From: Eledone cirrhosa
Taxonomy: Eukaryota
Length of the DNA stretch: 64,000 bases
Direction of reading: 5' to 3'
Assembly (NCBI GenBank): GCA_964016885.1
Contig: OZ024741.1
Span: 139,686,001 to 139,750,000, forward strand
In this document: positions 12,886 to 33,615 of the stretch, in pieces
Position numbering within the stretch: the first letter of the stretch is position 1
Layout of the letters: each line of letters opens with the position of its first letter
Position numbers and translations under genes: made by a program
Notes under the pieces: model-generated
Told to the model about the DNA's origin: nothing
Database searches by the model: none
Seen by the model: only the letters and a program-made list of their open reading frames with translations

Positions 12886-13073
12886 CTGAATTTGTTTAGC
12901 AAGATTCTTTATCTGAAATCGTGTGTTGAAACCGATATTGTTATACTTTGTGTGGAACCAACCAACCAACCAGAAATTTATAAATTTATAAATTTATTAT
13001 AAGAAATTGAAGTGAAAGCAACTGGTGCGTGTGTTTCTTATTGGCAACATGACCCTCCCAAAGTATAACAATA
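12883..13073. mobile_element. Minimal family B Penelope-like remnant (inverted tail fused to sense terminus)
   Basis: Matches the terminal sequence of the element at 43786-46953. Short inverted arms tattgttatactttg / caaagtataacaata. Sits in TA/T-rich tracts. Confidence 0.8.
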
Positions 13074-14463
13074 TATATATGTATGTGTGTGGGGGGGGGG
13101 GCGTGTGTGCGTGCGTGCGTGTGTGTGTGTGTGTGTGCGTGCGTGTTTGTGTGTATATGTGTAGATTTATATGTAGAAAACTAGCGTCAATGTGATTTGA
13201 AATTACCAATATATATATATATTTCAATATGTATATCATAGAGAACACATTTACTGCCTTGATCACCTCAATATAATTATATTTAACTCTTTCGAAGCAA
13301 TGAAGGGGCACACATTTCTCATAAATATTAATGCAGTTCTCTGTTTATATATGGAAAATATGCTGATTATGATTCAATCGAGATAATTAGAAGTTAAATG
13401 AGGAATAAACTCGCATATTTCGTTATCTTCGTGCTTCAGTCACCTTCCAATGATATTGATATAAATGATACAGAATTAAAACAACAAAAAAGGTGACAGC
13501 ATTCATTTTCAGAAATAGAAATATAACAACAGGATAAAATCAAACGAAAAATCTAATGGAATCCTGTAGGGGAATTGAAGTTAATCGATAATGGCGCTTT
13601 CAATTTAACTTAACATGTCAAGCTGTATAACGAGAACGTCAGGTTTAAACATGTCAAAATTTAAGCTTTGTTGGCAACTGAAGCCTTTTATATAGTTTCA
13701 CAAGAAGAAAACTGGATATCTCAAATTCTGAGCATTGTTTAACTTAGTATTTCTAAGTATATGCACCTTCAATTCATGAAGAGTTGGCAAACGTAATTTT
13801 ACAATATTTTTTCATTTTGATTTTCAAATTTATGTATAATTATTTCTTGGACAACTAATAATCACAAACATTTGAAAGAATTAAGGATTAAACTGTTAAA
13901 GTATAAGATATTTAAAATGTATCGAATATAATCACGTTTTCAAAAAGAAAATATAGAAAATAGCCGACAAAATGAAATTTTCTATTTTTTGTTTTAAATT
14001 GAGAAATGAAATCGACATAATTCTAGCAAGGAAAATTTCCCAGGGGAATAAATGAATGTTGCTATAGTTATGTATCAAAAATTCTTTCAGTTCTTCGACA
14101 TTTTCTTTGTCTAATATATTTTCAAAAGATACCGATAGTATTGCAGTAACGTTTTGCATAATTCTCTACTTTTTCTGACAGCGCATGCGTTGATTGTAGT
14201 GTTGTAAAGACATGCACTAAATAATTCAATAGAATGAATGAGTATAAAATGTGTTACATCAATACTTAAAAGTGATAAATATCTGCAGGAAAATTATATA
14301 TTTATGTATTTCTTCTATTTATTACTTCAATGTGTTACATTGTTTAATCCGACAGTGTCCCATTCTAGCAAGCTAACAAATACTGACTCAATATATACGC
14401 ACAACATAGAAACTGATACACGGACACACAAATACATACACTCACACGAAACAAACAAATAAA

Positions 14464-18625
<4,162 letters not shown>

Positions 18626-18884
18626 TATATATATATATATATATATATATATTTGCCCGAGTGTTAAGCTCTGTTGATTACCGACAGTATGAAACAGATC
18701 TGTCAGCTTATCTCCCTTTGTTTGTTGAAAAAAGAAGTAAGTGATATAGTCGCTACTTTAAAATAATACCGCATGGTCTTCAAAATGTTTTTAATTAAGC
18801 ATACAGTATATTCCCAAATATACTATATACACATCCATGTATAAATCGGTATTTCAGCGCACCAATTCAAATATATATATATAT

Positions 18885-19014
<130 letters not shown>

Positions 19015-19319
19015 TTAGTTAAGCACAACAAGACCAAAAATTTCACAAGAAAGACATTATTAAACGATTGTCAACATGTTTTAGTTTGACGTAAGGAATG
19101 CAGAGAATAATAATAATAATAATATTAATAATAATAATGGCCGTTTACAATTGTTTCGCTACTCCATATAATATTTCTGGATCAGATGACTATATATCTA
19201 AATTGATCTGGTTCAGTTGAAAATAATTAACATATTTAAAATAATGAGATAATGTTACATAATATAATGTTCCATATATATATAATGTTCTATATAGATA
19301 TATATATAGATATTTTTTT

Positions 19320-20030
<711 letters not shown>

Positions 20031-20261
20031 TATATATATGCGTATGTGTGCTTCTATTTATGTATATATATGTATGTGTGTGTGTGGGGGGCGGGTGCAA
20101 ATATATCGTAATAAATGTATTTTGGGATCCAAATAATCAGACCTATTGGAGTTGTGTATTTGCGATTGGCAAAGTTCTCAATTATTTGATGTTTCTTGCA
20201 TTTCTATATTTATTGTTTTTCTCATTTTCTATTATTATTATTAGTGACAATGAGGGCGGTG

Positions 20262-20445
20262 GATTGGCAGTATCGGTAGAGGGTCGGACGCCATGCTTTC
20301 CAGCATATTTACGTCCCTTTACGATCTGAGTTCAAATCCCGGCGAGGTTAACTTTGCCTTTCATCCTTACAGGGTCGATAAAATAAAGTACCAGTAATGC
20401 ACTGGGTAATTGCTGGCCTTAGGCCTAAAGTAGAAACAATTATTA
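20262..20445 (+). mobile_element. tRNA-derived SINE
   Basis: Same family as 12238, with B-box gagttcaaatccc and an (ATT)n-like 3' end. Confidence 0.85.
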
Positions 20446-21885
20446 TTAATGACAAATAACTTCACAGGATTAAAATCATCTCTTTAGCATTAAAATATAA
20501 ATGTACGACATATTTAAATCTGTTTGCTCTCGTCGTTGTGGTAGGCTGCGCCATATTCTAATCGTTTTTGGCGTCACATAAAATGTTCTGGCTCAACAGG
20601 AACTGAGTTTATATTATACTTTCTTCTCCTTGCACGGACCATAATAACGTATGATTATGGGCTCGGTTGATTTTAGAAATTGCTGTATATTTCAGTATTT
20701 GTTTCAGTACAGTGTGCCATTTGTTCAGATCTGCCGAGTTCAAGTTTGTTGTTAAACTTCTGATGTCGAGTAAGTTGTTAGTGGATTGGCTGATATTTTT
20801 AATAATTGGACCAGATGCCTTGCAACACCTAATATGACCTTTAGACTCTGATATTAAATCTCACCCACTTCAATAATACATTGTAACCAGACGGTATGAT
20901 CAGCAATAACAAGTTCAGAATATTCAATGGTTTCATTGGCCTGATCTCAGAAGAGACTCTTTTCATGTAAATGTTTCTGTTGTTGTCATTGCGAAGTTAC
21001 AGATTAGACATAACCAGATTACATATAACCAGATTAGACATGATCAAAATAATTTCAGCTATTCTCAGCACGTCGTTATTTCTTGGACAGAATTAAAATA
21101 TGGCGTTCTCATTTAACATGTCATTTTTGAAAAGATTTGTGTTGTTTGAATCAAAATTAGCGGTTACTTGTACGAAGCACATTTTTCACATAGAAACACA
21201 CTAATATATTTTGCTTTGTATTTAAATTTGAGCTGCTGTATAAACCTTTCGATAGCAACAATTCCAAATGAGTATATGAGTTTATGTAAAAATGGGATAT
21301 AATAAGTACCTATTCGAAACGTCCATATTTAAATTTAAATCGTCAACAATTATCTTATATGAAAGCCGTATGAAATAATGAAAAAAATAAATAACCAGAG
21401 TAAACCACTCAACATTCTTCATTAGTTAATTGAATCGCCTCTATGTAATTGGAAATACTGTCACAAACGATTGTGCATTTGTTGTAGAATAACGTATTAA
21501 AGACAATGCTATTAAAATATTAATTCGTTAAATAATAAAAAGACTTTGTCTCATCACTTAGGTGAGGTATTTGATGAAAATATAAATAAAATGACAACTA
21601 TATTCTGGAAAGTTTCAGACATTACATTTAAAAAATGTAATGGCATGTAAGACCAAGGGGAGATCATATGTTTTGTAATGGTTAGAGCAGAATAAACATC
21701 TCCGCATTGTACAGCAGTAATGATTTCTTGCTATATAAAATTAATACTCGTTTGGCAAGCAACAGTTCAAAACATATATTGATGGAACAAAATAAATAAT
21801 AGAAGAGAATTAACATATACAGATCATATATAGTTTTTTTTTTATATTTGATCATTTATTGATATTTATCAATTATTTCTTACAG

Positions 21886-21983
21886 TGTGTCGGGTGTGTT
21901 GGGAGTAACAAAGGAACAAGTTACACAACTTTTGGATAATCTACTAATAAATTATGACAAAGGATTCCGCCCTGGTCATGGAG
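21886..21983 (+). CDS. Exon of a Cys-loop ligand-gated ion channel subunit (GABA-A/Gly/GluCl-like N-terminal helix)
   Basis: tttcttacag|...|gtaaga splice sites. Encodes VSGVLGVTKEQVTQLLDNLLINYDKGFRPGHG(G), the LLxxLLxxYDxxxRP motif. The phase-1 intron after RPxxG resembles GABA-A receptor gene structure. Confidence 0.85.
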
Positions 21984-24900
21984 GTAAGAACGCTGGAAAG
22001 AGTTTTCCTTTGATTATTTGTTGTTGTTGTTTCATCTGTTATTTGTTGATCGTTATATGTTTTCATCATTTCTCCGATATCATCCATCTAGAATGTAAAA
22101 ATCAGTATTACGTCTGAGAATTGTCATTTTAGTTCATCAGTATCATCTATGAACTGTCGAATTTATTTCAAACTTATTTTTTTTATTTCATGGCATCGAA
22201 ATTAATGTCGTAATATTACTGTCACATTGTTGCTGTTCATTTAAGTGTATATTTATAATTCTTCGTGGTTGTCAATTTCACGTGCCTTTCGCGATTTGGT
22301 GATTGACACAGTACCTGTGCACGCATTGACACCTACAAATATTTGATGAACATTAAGTGTACTTAACTGTTTTTGAGTGTTTTCAATATCTAAAATGGTA
22401 CCTCTACGATGTAATGCTACTCAACACGTGGTCTCAGATCAAGTCCCTTGCCAGACAAGTACAATTCCTTTTATGATAATGTTCTTGTTCAAATGATGAG
22501 TAGATAACCAATCAGATGTTATTCAATCCCATAGATTTGGTTACTATTTTATTTATCTACCATTCGATTTGCTATTTCTCATCAGAAATAATCACATGAA
22601 AGGTTAATAGCAAGAGAGCTTAATATGCCAATGGTTACGCTCGAAAGTTTATTTTCAACTGGACGTGTTTTACGGAAACACAAAAATGCTCGGTTCGAAA
22701 TCATTCAGTTCTGTGTTCACTCCTGCTGCGCAGCTGTCTTCGACAATGTCTCCTGCTATAGTCTCGGGTCGATCAACGCCTTAGTTTTCTGAGGGAAATA
22801 TCTTGCGCTTGTCTTATGTACGCTTGTATATTCAATTAACCTACTTGCCATCCGGCCGACCCTTCACAACACTTCTATCTTGACCACTGGCCACGTGATG
22901 TTTCTCACACCCTTTTGAATTCGTTACTGACGGCAATCAATTTAGAAACTTTGGTCCTAACTGGGGGAGTCTCTTGAAAATCTCGGAGCCTCAAGGATAA
23001 TGCAACGATTAGACATATCCACAAAGTACGAGCAATACTATCGATAGTCGGGACGGGATGAATTTTTGGTAATGTTTATCTATATTTTTTTCTTCAAACT
23101 TACATTTTAGACTTAGCTCCGTTTAATTGATTATTTTTCTAATTAATTTCTACGGACTAAGAGGAAAGAATAGGTAAATTGTGTCTAACTGTTCCTTACA
23201 GAGGAAAATAGATAACATTTATATGTTATTTCTTCAAAGTTATATTTCAAACTTAGCTCTGTTTAATTGATTATTTATCTGGTTGATCTCTACGGACTTA
23301 GGAGAAATAAATTGGATAAATTTTGTCTGACTATTCTTCAAACTTATAATTATATATATATGTATACGGGGGGGGGGCGTGCGTGTGTGTGTGCATGTGT
23401 GTGTTTAAATATCTGTTTTACTTTCCGTAACTCAGGATTCTACAAAAGGGAAATCAACAAATTTAGCACCCGGCTTGAAACAATACGTACCATGATCGAT
23501 ATCACCGACCAAATCAAAGCGATACTGTAGTATGTTTGCTTTAAAAATTCTAGAACAATAAAAGAATTATCAACGTTCAATCCCCAAAATTAACTATAGT
23601 GAACAATTGTTTTGTCCAGGTAATGAAAATCTACGCTAATATTTCTCGGAAAAGCCAGCTCTCATTCCTATCTTTGCTAATCCGAGTTTCCTCAAACCCT
23701 CTATGCTTTAAATTGGTATTAAATATCATTTCATCCAAGCACTATATCAACATGGATACTCCCAAACCGGATTACCTCTGGCAGACAGAATATTTTGAAC
23801 TCTTATATTTGGATGTATTGTTTTTTATGTGATATATACATGAAGAACACTATAGATAGGTATATTGGCATTACATTTCATATATATATAAGTTCTACTC
23901 TATTTTCTCACCCACGGCGAAAATTCCTCCACTGGGAGTCAAAGAACTCCTGGTTAGAGAATATCTTCTCGATACATGCAATATTTGATTTGTTGAAGGA
24001 GCTAACAGAAGGAAAATAATTAATGTTGAGTATAGAGTGTCTCTCATGAAATGTTATGGAAACAGATCAAATGGAAGATCAAACAAGAGAAAATATTGCA
24101 TTGTTATTAACAACGGTAGGTATTACAAGAGCCTGATTTCGAGTACCAAAATATAACACAACCCTTCATAATATTTCACTCATTTCTTTGAATAATTGTC
24201 TTTGTTAAGCAGTATTATATTTTATAGAGTATATTCTTGAAAAACGGATGTGCTTCGTTTTACAAAATAATAATATAGTTTCCGCCCAAAGAGTAGTTTT
24301 ATAAAATATTGCATTCGATAAGCGGAAATCATGTTGCTGCTCACACAATTTTCTATATTAATATAATTTTAGTAAAAGAATCCGAGGAATTGCCTTATGT
24401 AATTCACCTCGTCCATATTTGAATGATATTTGTTAATATTTGGATTATTTTAATTCTTACTATTATCGTCCTTTGTTATATTTATATTTTAAGTCGTAAT
24501 GTACAGTGAAAGTTTGTTTTATAAGTAAGTATGTATCGTACATCTATAGTAGTTTGCATTTGCTTTTGAAAGGTTTATGGTGGGTGTAGGTATAATGGGA
24601 AACGTTTGTGTCGCAAAGAAAGATATGTCGATTGAATGGTGGGAGGTAAAGCTGATCTCGATGAGATTTGAATTCAGATTCGCAATAGTCAGAACGAATA
24701 ACGCATGGCATTTTATCCGACGTTATAACGACACAGATTAGTAACTGACTAGTTTGCAAATTAGGTTCTGTAACCAAAGCAAAGTTATATTCCTCAGTGC
24801 GATTCAACAAAAAATAAAGAACAAAGAAAAACGAAACAAGTAAAAATCGAAGCATGCAAATCATTCACTTTGTATAGAATATTAGCTAAATTAACTCACA

Positions 24901-25587
24901 CATATATAAAGATCAATAGATCGATTCTTATTGACATCAAATATTTCGTAGTTCGGAAAGTTTTGGCTTTGAAAAGACAAACGGTTTTATGTTAGTTTGT
25001 GGAGTTGCTTAAGGAGGTTATTTCATATTTTATTGTTCCTTTGCATGATGACACATATATGAAAGAGGAAGGTCGTTCGGACTATTTACTACGTTAGATT
25101 CTCTCATATAACGCTTCGTTTGATATGTTTACGAAATAGTTGTGGTAGGAAACAGTATCGATCTGATTTTAATCCGATATTCCCCACTGCATCGATTAAT
25201 GCATCCATCGTTATATTCCACATAAATATATACACACAATTGTATCCTGCCTATATTTTGGGTGCACATATATTCCATAACCCTAGATGCCTATGAAGAA
25301 ATATATATATATCATCACACACACATACTCACAAATACACAGAAGCACACACACGCACACCCACATGTACATATATATATGTGTATGTGGGAAAGAGAGC
25401 TAGCAATATGCATAACGTGTATACATTTGAGCAGGTTGGACATTGTCGAACAGGCAAGAGGGCGTGTGTGAAAGACGTGTTTGATTTAAATTTACGATTT
25501 GTGCGTAACATATAATAAAGGCAAATTTATTAAGAATAGCGTTAGCATGGGATTGTCAATAGCCTATCTAAGTAACATGCACACACA

Positions 25588-25736
<149 letters not shown>

Positions 25737-25959
25737 GTTGTAGTTTGCTTCAAGCATTATGGAATAAGAAATACTAATTTAGCTAGGAAATAAGTTTAAT
25801 TATATGGAAGCCCCACAATGCATGTGAGATTATAAATGCCAAGTTAATAGGAATTAGAGAAAGTATGATAAAATAACTGAGAAACGAATGAACACGGGAG
25901 AACATTAACTTACCAAATTTAACGAGAACATTTGATGTGCCTGAAAGGATAATTCAAGC

Positions 25960-26910
25960 TATAGGTCTGATGTACGAGGGTACTCAGCTCGCGTATTGAA
26001 ACGGGATGGTAACTTTGAGATCCTCGCAGGTGTTCTCCAAGGCGATACGCTTGCATCCTTCCTATTTGCAATTGTCCTCGATTATGCAATGGGAAGGAAG
26101 AAGAGTGGAGTTTCAAATTGGAGCGAAGGATAAGCTGTCGTCACCATCCAAAAGTTGTCAATGACACAGACTTCGCCTATGACATTGCCTTGATCACAGA
26201 GGAAATCAGCCAGGTTCAAGCACTGCTCATACGTGTCGATGTTGAATCAGGCAAAATAGGACTGCATCTCAATGCAAAGAAGACCGAAATCATGCACTAA
26301 AATCAGGTTGATCTAGCTCCTGTTCTTGCTAAGGACGGTACAACAATCAAAAGAGTTAAGAACCTTATATATATTGGTGCATGGATGCACAGTTCACGCA
26401 AGGACTTTGAAGTTAGAAAAGCACTAGCATGGTCGGCATGTCACAAGCTACTAAAAGTGTGGAAGTCCTAAAGCGCAAAATTAAAGAGCGCCTCTTCCTA
26501 GCAACTGTTGAATCCGTCCTACTTTACGGCAGTCAAACGTAGACTATTGACAGTGGTATGAAAGAGACTTGACGGATGTTACACGAGGATGCTGAGAATG
26601 GCTCAACATTTCTTGGAAACAGAAGCTAACAAATAAAGAACCATTCAGATCGCAACGACCGGTTTCAAAAAAACGTTTCCTGCAGACGTATGAAACTGGC
26701 TGGGCACTGCATCCGTCATCCAGAAGAGATAGCATCACAACTTGTGCTCTGGTAACCGGTGGTTGGACGATGAAGCGTGAGAAGACAGACCGTCGCATTC
26801 ATTGATACCCTGCTGAGAGATGCCAACATTGATAACATCGACGAACTGAGACATGTCATGCTCGACCGGGACGATTGGAGAAAGCGTGCTGAATCGTTGC
26901 GAGTGTAAAC
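25960..26910 (+). mobile_element. Decayed RTE-clade LINE fragment
   Basis: GVLQGDTLA, DTDFAYDIAL (FADD-like), KIGLHLNAKKTEIM, ATVESVLLYG and LDGCYTRMLR occur in broken frames. Confidence 0.85.
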
Positions 26911-27429
26911 GCTGCCGAAGAAGAGGAATTTTAATGATCCCAAATAATTTCAATTTCGGATTTACCATCCATTATCAAGGGAATTGTGTAGAATGGGAAT
27001 CCGGGAGCAATCTGACAACAGTTGTTGATGGCTGGTCGATTTAATTTGAATAAATGAATGAATGAATGAAAAAGAGTATGTGTATTATATATACATATAC
27101 CTGTGTGCGTGGATGTAAGTGTGTATGTGTAGACCGGAACATAGATTTCAGGGTACGCATATAAACGACGTGTGTGTGTGTACGTGTGTATGTGTGTGTG
27201 TCTAGTTTATCTGTAATATTTCTTTCTTTATTTGACAGCTAGATGACCACTCGCAGCTAGTAAGGGCCACTCGTTAGATGACCACACGCAGCTAGTATTG
27301 GTCATGTCAAACTGGATGTCTCTTCGCTGCTATTAAGGAATGTCCATGCTATTAGCTTTAGTTGTGTCGAGTCAGGCCAAGGATCGGACGTTCGTTTCAG
27401 TGGGCAGTTAGGATTTTTGAATGACGGCG

Positions 27430-27508
<79 letters not shown>

Positions 27509-28159
27509 TACGTTAATATGAAATATGATTTCGATGTTTATAATCAAAGTAACTATATGTACACAATATCATTGTACATATGCAAAATTGGCAGATTTGT
27601 TACAGGATCGGATTAAATTCATTAACATAATTTCGTCTCTCATCGTTTCAGCATCCATATATTATATAGCATTTCTCTGTTGTTGAACAGTTAAATTGCT
27701 AGACCGTCAGACATGTGTCAATTTATTTTCTTTTAGGCAACATATTTGACACGATTTATCCGACATGTTAGCTATTTAGAATCTTGCTCATGTCAGTAAA
27801 TGGGATCTTCCTTTAACTACTTATAAGACAGGACATTGCATTTGCCTATTCATAGATATAAGGGACATACAACGGGTTCTCATATAGAGTGTAATTGGCT
27901 TATAATTTGTTCACTGAGTTGTGAGGTATGTGTACTTTGTATATCTAACGATATACGGTATTCTTATGCATAAACAGTTGAAAGCATTCAACTATGAATT
28001 TTGGAAATTGATGACATAGTGCCTTGTAGAGAGTTACAATAAAAGAATAACTGTCGACAACGGTCATAGTTTCTGATTCTGGTCGTTATGAAAACAGTGC
28101 TCCCGACTGGATCAGAAAATATATTTGATGATTTTCATCGACAGTTATTCTCTCTTGCT

Positions 28160-28393
28160 TCTATTGGAACCTGTTAGATGGTGCTACATCATCAGTTTCC
28201 AAAATTCATAGCTAAAGGCTAAATACATACCTATATGTATCGAGCTATGCCAAAGCGAAAACCTTGATATATATATATATATATATCAAGGTTTTCGCTC
28301 TGGCATAGCTCGATACATATAGGTATGTATTTAGCCTTTAGCTATGAATTTTGGAAACTGATGATGTAGCACCATCTAACAGGTTCCAATAGA
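28160..28393. repeat. 108-bp inverted duplication across a short (TA)n tract; also related to an older inverted copy at ~27992-28030
   Basis: 28160-28267 is the reverse complement of 28286-28393 with about 1 mismatch. Confidence 0.9.
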
Positions 28394-29548
28394 TATATAT
28401 ATATATATATATAAAGAGAGAGATTGGAGAGAGAAAGACAATGAATAAGTGGAAGAGAAAGTCATTGTTTCACCCATTTAAATGAAAGTTTTATGAGCTT
28501 AGAAAAATACATATCAGAATATTTACGGGATTCTTAGAATTAAAATGAAACAGAAAAATATTTTATAGAATTCGAAATAAATATATATACATACCACAAA
28601 GCCAATTCTCATTTGCAACTGGTTGTCATATATACTTTTATAACAAAGATTATATGTTCGCAGTATTCCATGTGCTAACAGGATATATTAACTAAAAATA
28701 TTAACTATACAACAGGGCATAATGTTTCCTCCTGTGAAAACTCATTTTACGAATGTATTATCATTTGAATAATTTTATACAGAAATTTAAAATTTAACAT
28801 GATGTACATATAATTATTATGCCAACTCATAATCGCCTGCACACGCGCACACACTCTCACACACAGGCATACCTACACACACACATACATATATGTGTGT
28901 GTATATAAATATATATATATATATATATATGAAAACAGGGAGAAAGAGACGATTATTAGGAAGGAAAATATATGTTTTTCCTTTTTTGTTTCTCTCTCTT
29001 TTTTCTGGGTTAGAAAATGATTAAAACGAAATGTTTTACTTTGTGGGAAGTGTTAAGGTATTAGTTGATTTATTTATTATTTAACGATGGCATTTATTTA
29101 TCTATTTATATATTTAATAATTGTCTATTACCGGTTTCAGCATGTTTATGCATTATCAAATGATAGTGAAATGTATTAGTGTGGTGTCGCACATGTTAAA
29201 CAGAAGGTGCAGAAAGAATAATGTTCTTTACAAACAAGGTTTATGAAGTGAAAAGAAAAAAGAATACGAAAAAAAACGTGCATAATGTAGAGCATAAAAA
29301 GTGAATGTGGAAAAAATAATGTTATTTACAGGCATAGTTATTGAAGTTAAGCAGATCAAAATGTGTTAATAAAGCAAGAGTGCTTAGTTGATCCATGATT
29401 CTATGATGGAGGCAAATGGTGGACTGTAGTTTTATATGATTTCCCTTTTTAGAGAGTTAATATGGAGGGGGAAGCAATTCTTGCTGGATGTTATTTAATT
29501 CATTTATATATATATATAACATTTATATATATATATTTATATATATAT

Positions 29549-29856
29549 TTGTTTTACGAGGTTTTTGATATGAAATCCTGTGTCGAAACAGATATTGTTA
29601 TACTTGGGGAGGGTCATATTTGTGTAATAATATTGCCAGAATTAATAACAGAACACACTCACTGTTTGGTTGGTTTTCGCTTTTGTATCTTTTATATCAG
29701 TTAATTTAATTTATTGACTGACCAACGGTCAACAATACAGATATAATATAGACACAAACACATATATATAGTCTAACAAAGTTATTTCGTTGCACATCTG
29801 CAACATCATCAGTGGTGCTATTATGTTTCCTCCTACGCCATCTTTATTTAATCTGT

Positions 29857-29887
<31 letters not shown>

Positions 29888-30437
29888 CTTTTTGTCTTCT
29901 TCTCTGCGCATCAGAAAAAATGAATGGAATAACAACAACACCCAAACAAACAATACTGACCTAAGAGAAGTATAATCAAATAAATACATACACAAGCACA
30001 ATAACAACAAACACATATAAACACACAAGATAGAATACAATAACCAAAACGCAGTCACCCAAACACGAACAGACACCAAACACTATACACACACGCAAAC
30101 GCATGCGCAGAGAAGAAGACAAAAATAAATAAATAAATAAATAAATAGATTAAATGAAGATGGCGTTGACATACAATACAACAGGAGGAAACATAATAGC
30201 ACGACTGACTATGTTGCAGATGTGCAACGAAAGAACTTGGTTAGACTATATATATGTGTTTGGGTGTATATTATAACTGTATTGTTGATCGTTGGTCAGT
30301 CAATGGTAACATTGGGGACCGAATAAATTAAATTAACTGATATAAAAGATTCAGAAGCGAAAACCAACCAAACAGTGAGTGTGTTCTGTTATTAATTCTG
30401 GCAATATTATTACTCAAATATGACCCTCCCCAAGTAT

Positions 30438-30445
<8 letters not shown>
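29549..30445. mobile_element. Fold-back Penelope-like element related to family B, with hammerhead motif
   Basis: Arms ~29592-29925 / ~30100-30445 end in tgaccctccccaagtataacaatat, like family B. Minus-strand ~29775-29818 reads CTGATGA-tgttgca/gatg/tgcaac-GAAA. Tail is on the left. Confidence 0.8.
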
Positions 30446-30477
<32 letters not shown>

Positions 30478-32567
30478 AAATATACACACAGAGAGAGAAA
30501 GAGAGAGTGGAGGGGGGGGGGGGGGAGTTGGAATTGGGAATAGCACGAAAAATATATTTAAGGATCTGTTTTTCATTTTTTCTTCTTTGATATGTATGCA
30601 TATATGTTCTATTTATATGTATGCATTGTGTGTTTATATATATGTTTATATGTATGTATATATTTATGTATATACGTTTTTCATGTTTGTATGCATATAA
30701 TCATCATCTTACGTACATTTTCCATGTATACTGCAAGGGTTGAACAATTTCAGGCTAGTAAGATCTGGAGACCACATTTTGCCCATTCGTCATATTTTTT
30801 GTTGTGTTATTCCATAGCTGCTATTCCATACACTATTGGGGGCAATTTATCGGGCCATCAAAATTACACCCTAAAGCAGGTACTAAGCAAAATGTTTCCG
30901 TGACACCTTCGGCAAAATGTTACAGATTCAACTGGGTTCGTTTTATCTAGGCACCAGATCTTTCACTTTATAGGGTGAAGTAGGTATAGTTTATCGATGA
31001 AACAATATTTTCACAGTAGAATGTGTATTGAACAATATCACATAATGTTTTGTGTACATATTGTCGTGGTATTTATAATAACAATTTACTTCATATGGTG
31101 TCCCCAAGTAGAGGCAGTAACAAGCGGGAGTGTGATGTATTGGAGTGATATGTACAATGGGAAGAAACTGTAGTTATACCTTTGTTATGCTTCATCCAAA
31201 GTGTCCTACTCTTTATAAGAAAATATATTACAATGGGGTGTACAACGATAAGAAAATTGGCCGAATAATTGGTTTTCACTTAGCGGCTGATACCGATGAA
31301 AAGTTCTTCGGATTATCTGTATTGAAATTATTTGTAGCCTTATTTTAATATTCTGTGATTTATATTATTTATTTCATAATTAAACTTAATTTCGAAGTTT
31401 CTTTTTGAGACCATAAGATGACAACATTAGGCTGATATTCCAGCGTGCAAAAAACCGCTTATGCTATGAGAATGCCGAAAGTTTTATGTATATTCATTAT
31501 TCTTTATGCGGTTTTAAGTTTAATCTTTAAATCTTAGTCTTTGGTTGAGAAAATGTTTACGAATCAATATTAGCGGAAATGTATTTTGGTAACCTTGTGT
31601 AAGCTTTGTACCTTCATAATATATAAAGTAATTCCTTATCTTTACCAATTTAACACATATCAGTTTAACACAAATATCAATTTAACATATAACATCTCAG
31701 GTGAGTAATATGCTTATTCTTCTACTTTGAAAAAATTAAGCTACAGGGAGTTGCACATATTTTGAAATTCCTAGCTGTGTACATCAGCGGATTCAAGCAA
31801 TAGATATTGTGTTACATTACATTGGTGGGCTTAAATTATGTCTTCCGGAAAATCATGTATCTTATGTGTTTCTACATGTAGAGTACAGTGTGCTTTCCGG
31901 GTTTCGCCATGTTTTACTTCCTCAAATAGAATAATGCTGGATTAATAGGAAAAGGGCCGAAATGTCCTATAACGATTATCTACAAATTATTCGATACTAC
32001 GATAATTTTGATTTTGCTACATATCATCTTCTTATATCTAAAAGTTTAGGAAATGCCGTAGAGGATTTTCTTGTAGAGAAGTAATAATTTGCAGATTTTG
32101 GAATGCACCTGTAGCAGTCTAGTAAGCTAACCAATGTTTAGATTTAATATATGAGAAATAACCATTACTTGATGGCTGCAAGATATTGTCGTCATGTCAC
32201 TAGTATTATAGAAATGATATCCTACGCATTATATTGTATATTCTTTGGATGATTATCAAACATATTAGGATATAATAAAACATTTCTTTCGAGCAACTGC
32301 TGCCAGGAAGATTGAATCATCCGTTGAAAATGTAATAACAATTTCTATTCACCTGGGAAATGATATTTTAAACATCACGGCGATGTAATCATACACTTGA
32401 CTGGAATCGCTAAATAACAACAATATTATATTGAGGTAGAAAAATTGACTTGATCCTGAATACTAATGTATTTCATGTAATCTATATTAACTATTAATAA
32501 CTGAGAGACATTCATGTTGTTTTTTCTAAAACTTAATTGTTGAATTGGACTGATTTCCTGCCATAAA

Positions 32568-33615
<1,048 letters not shown>

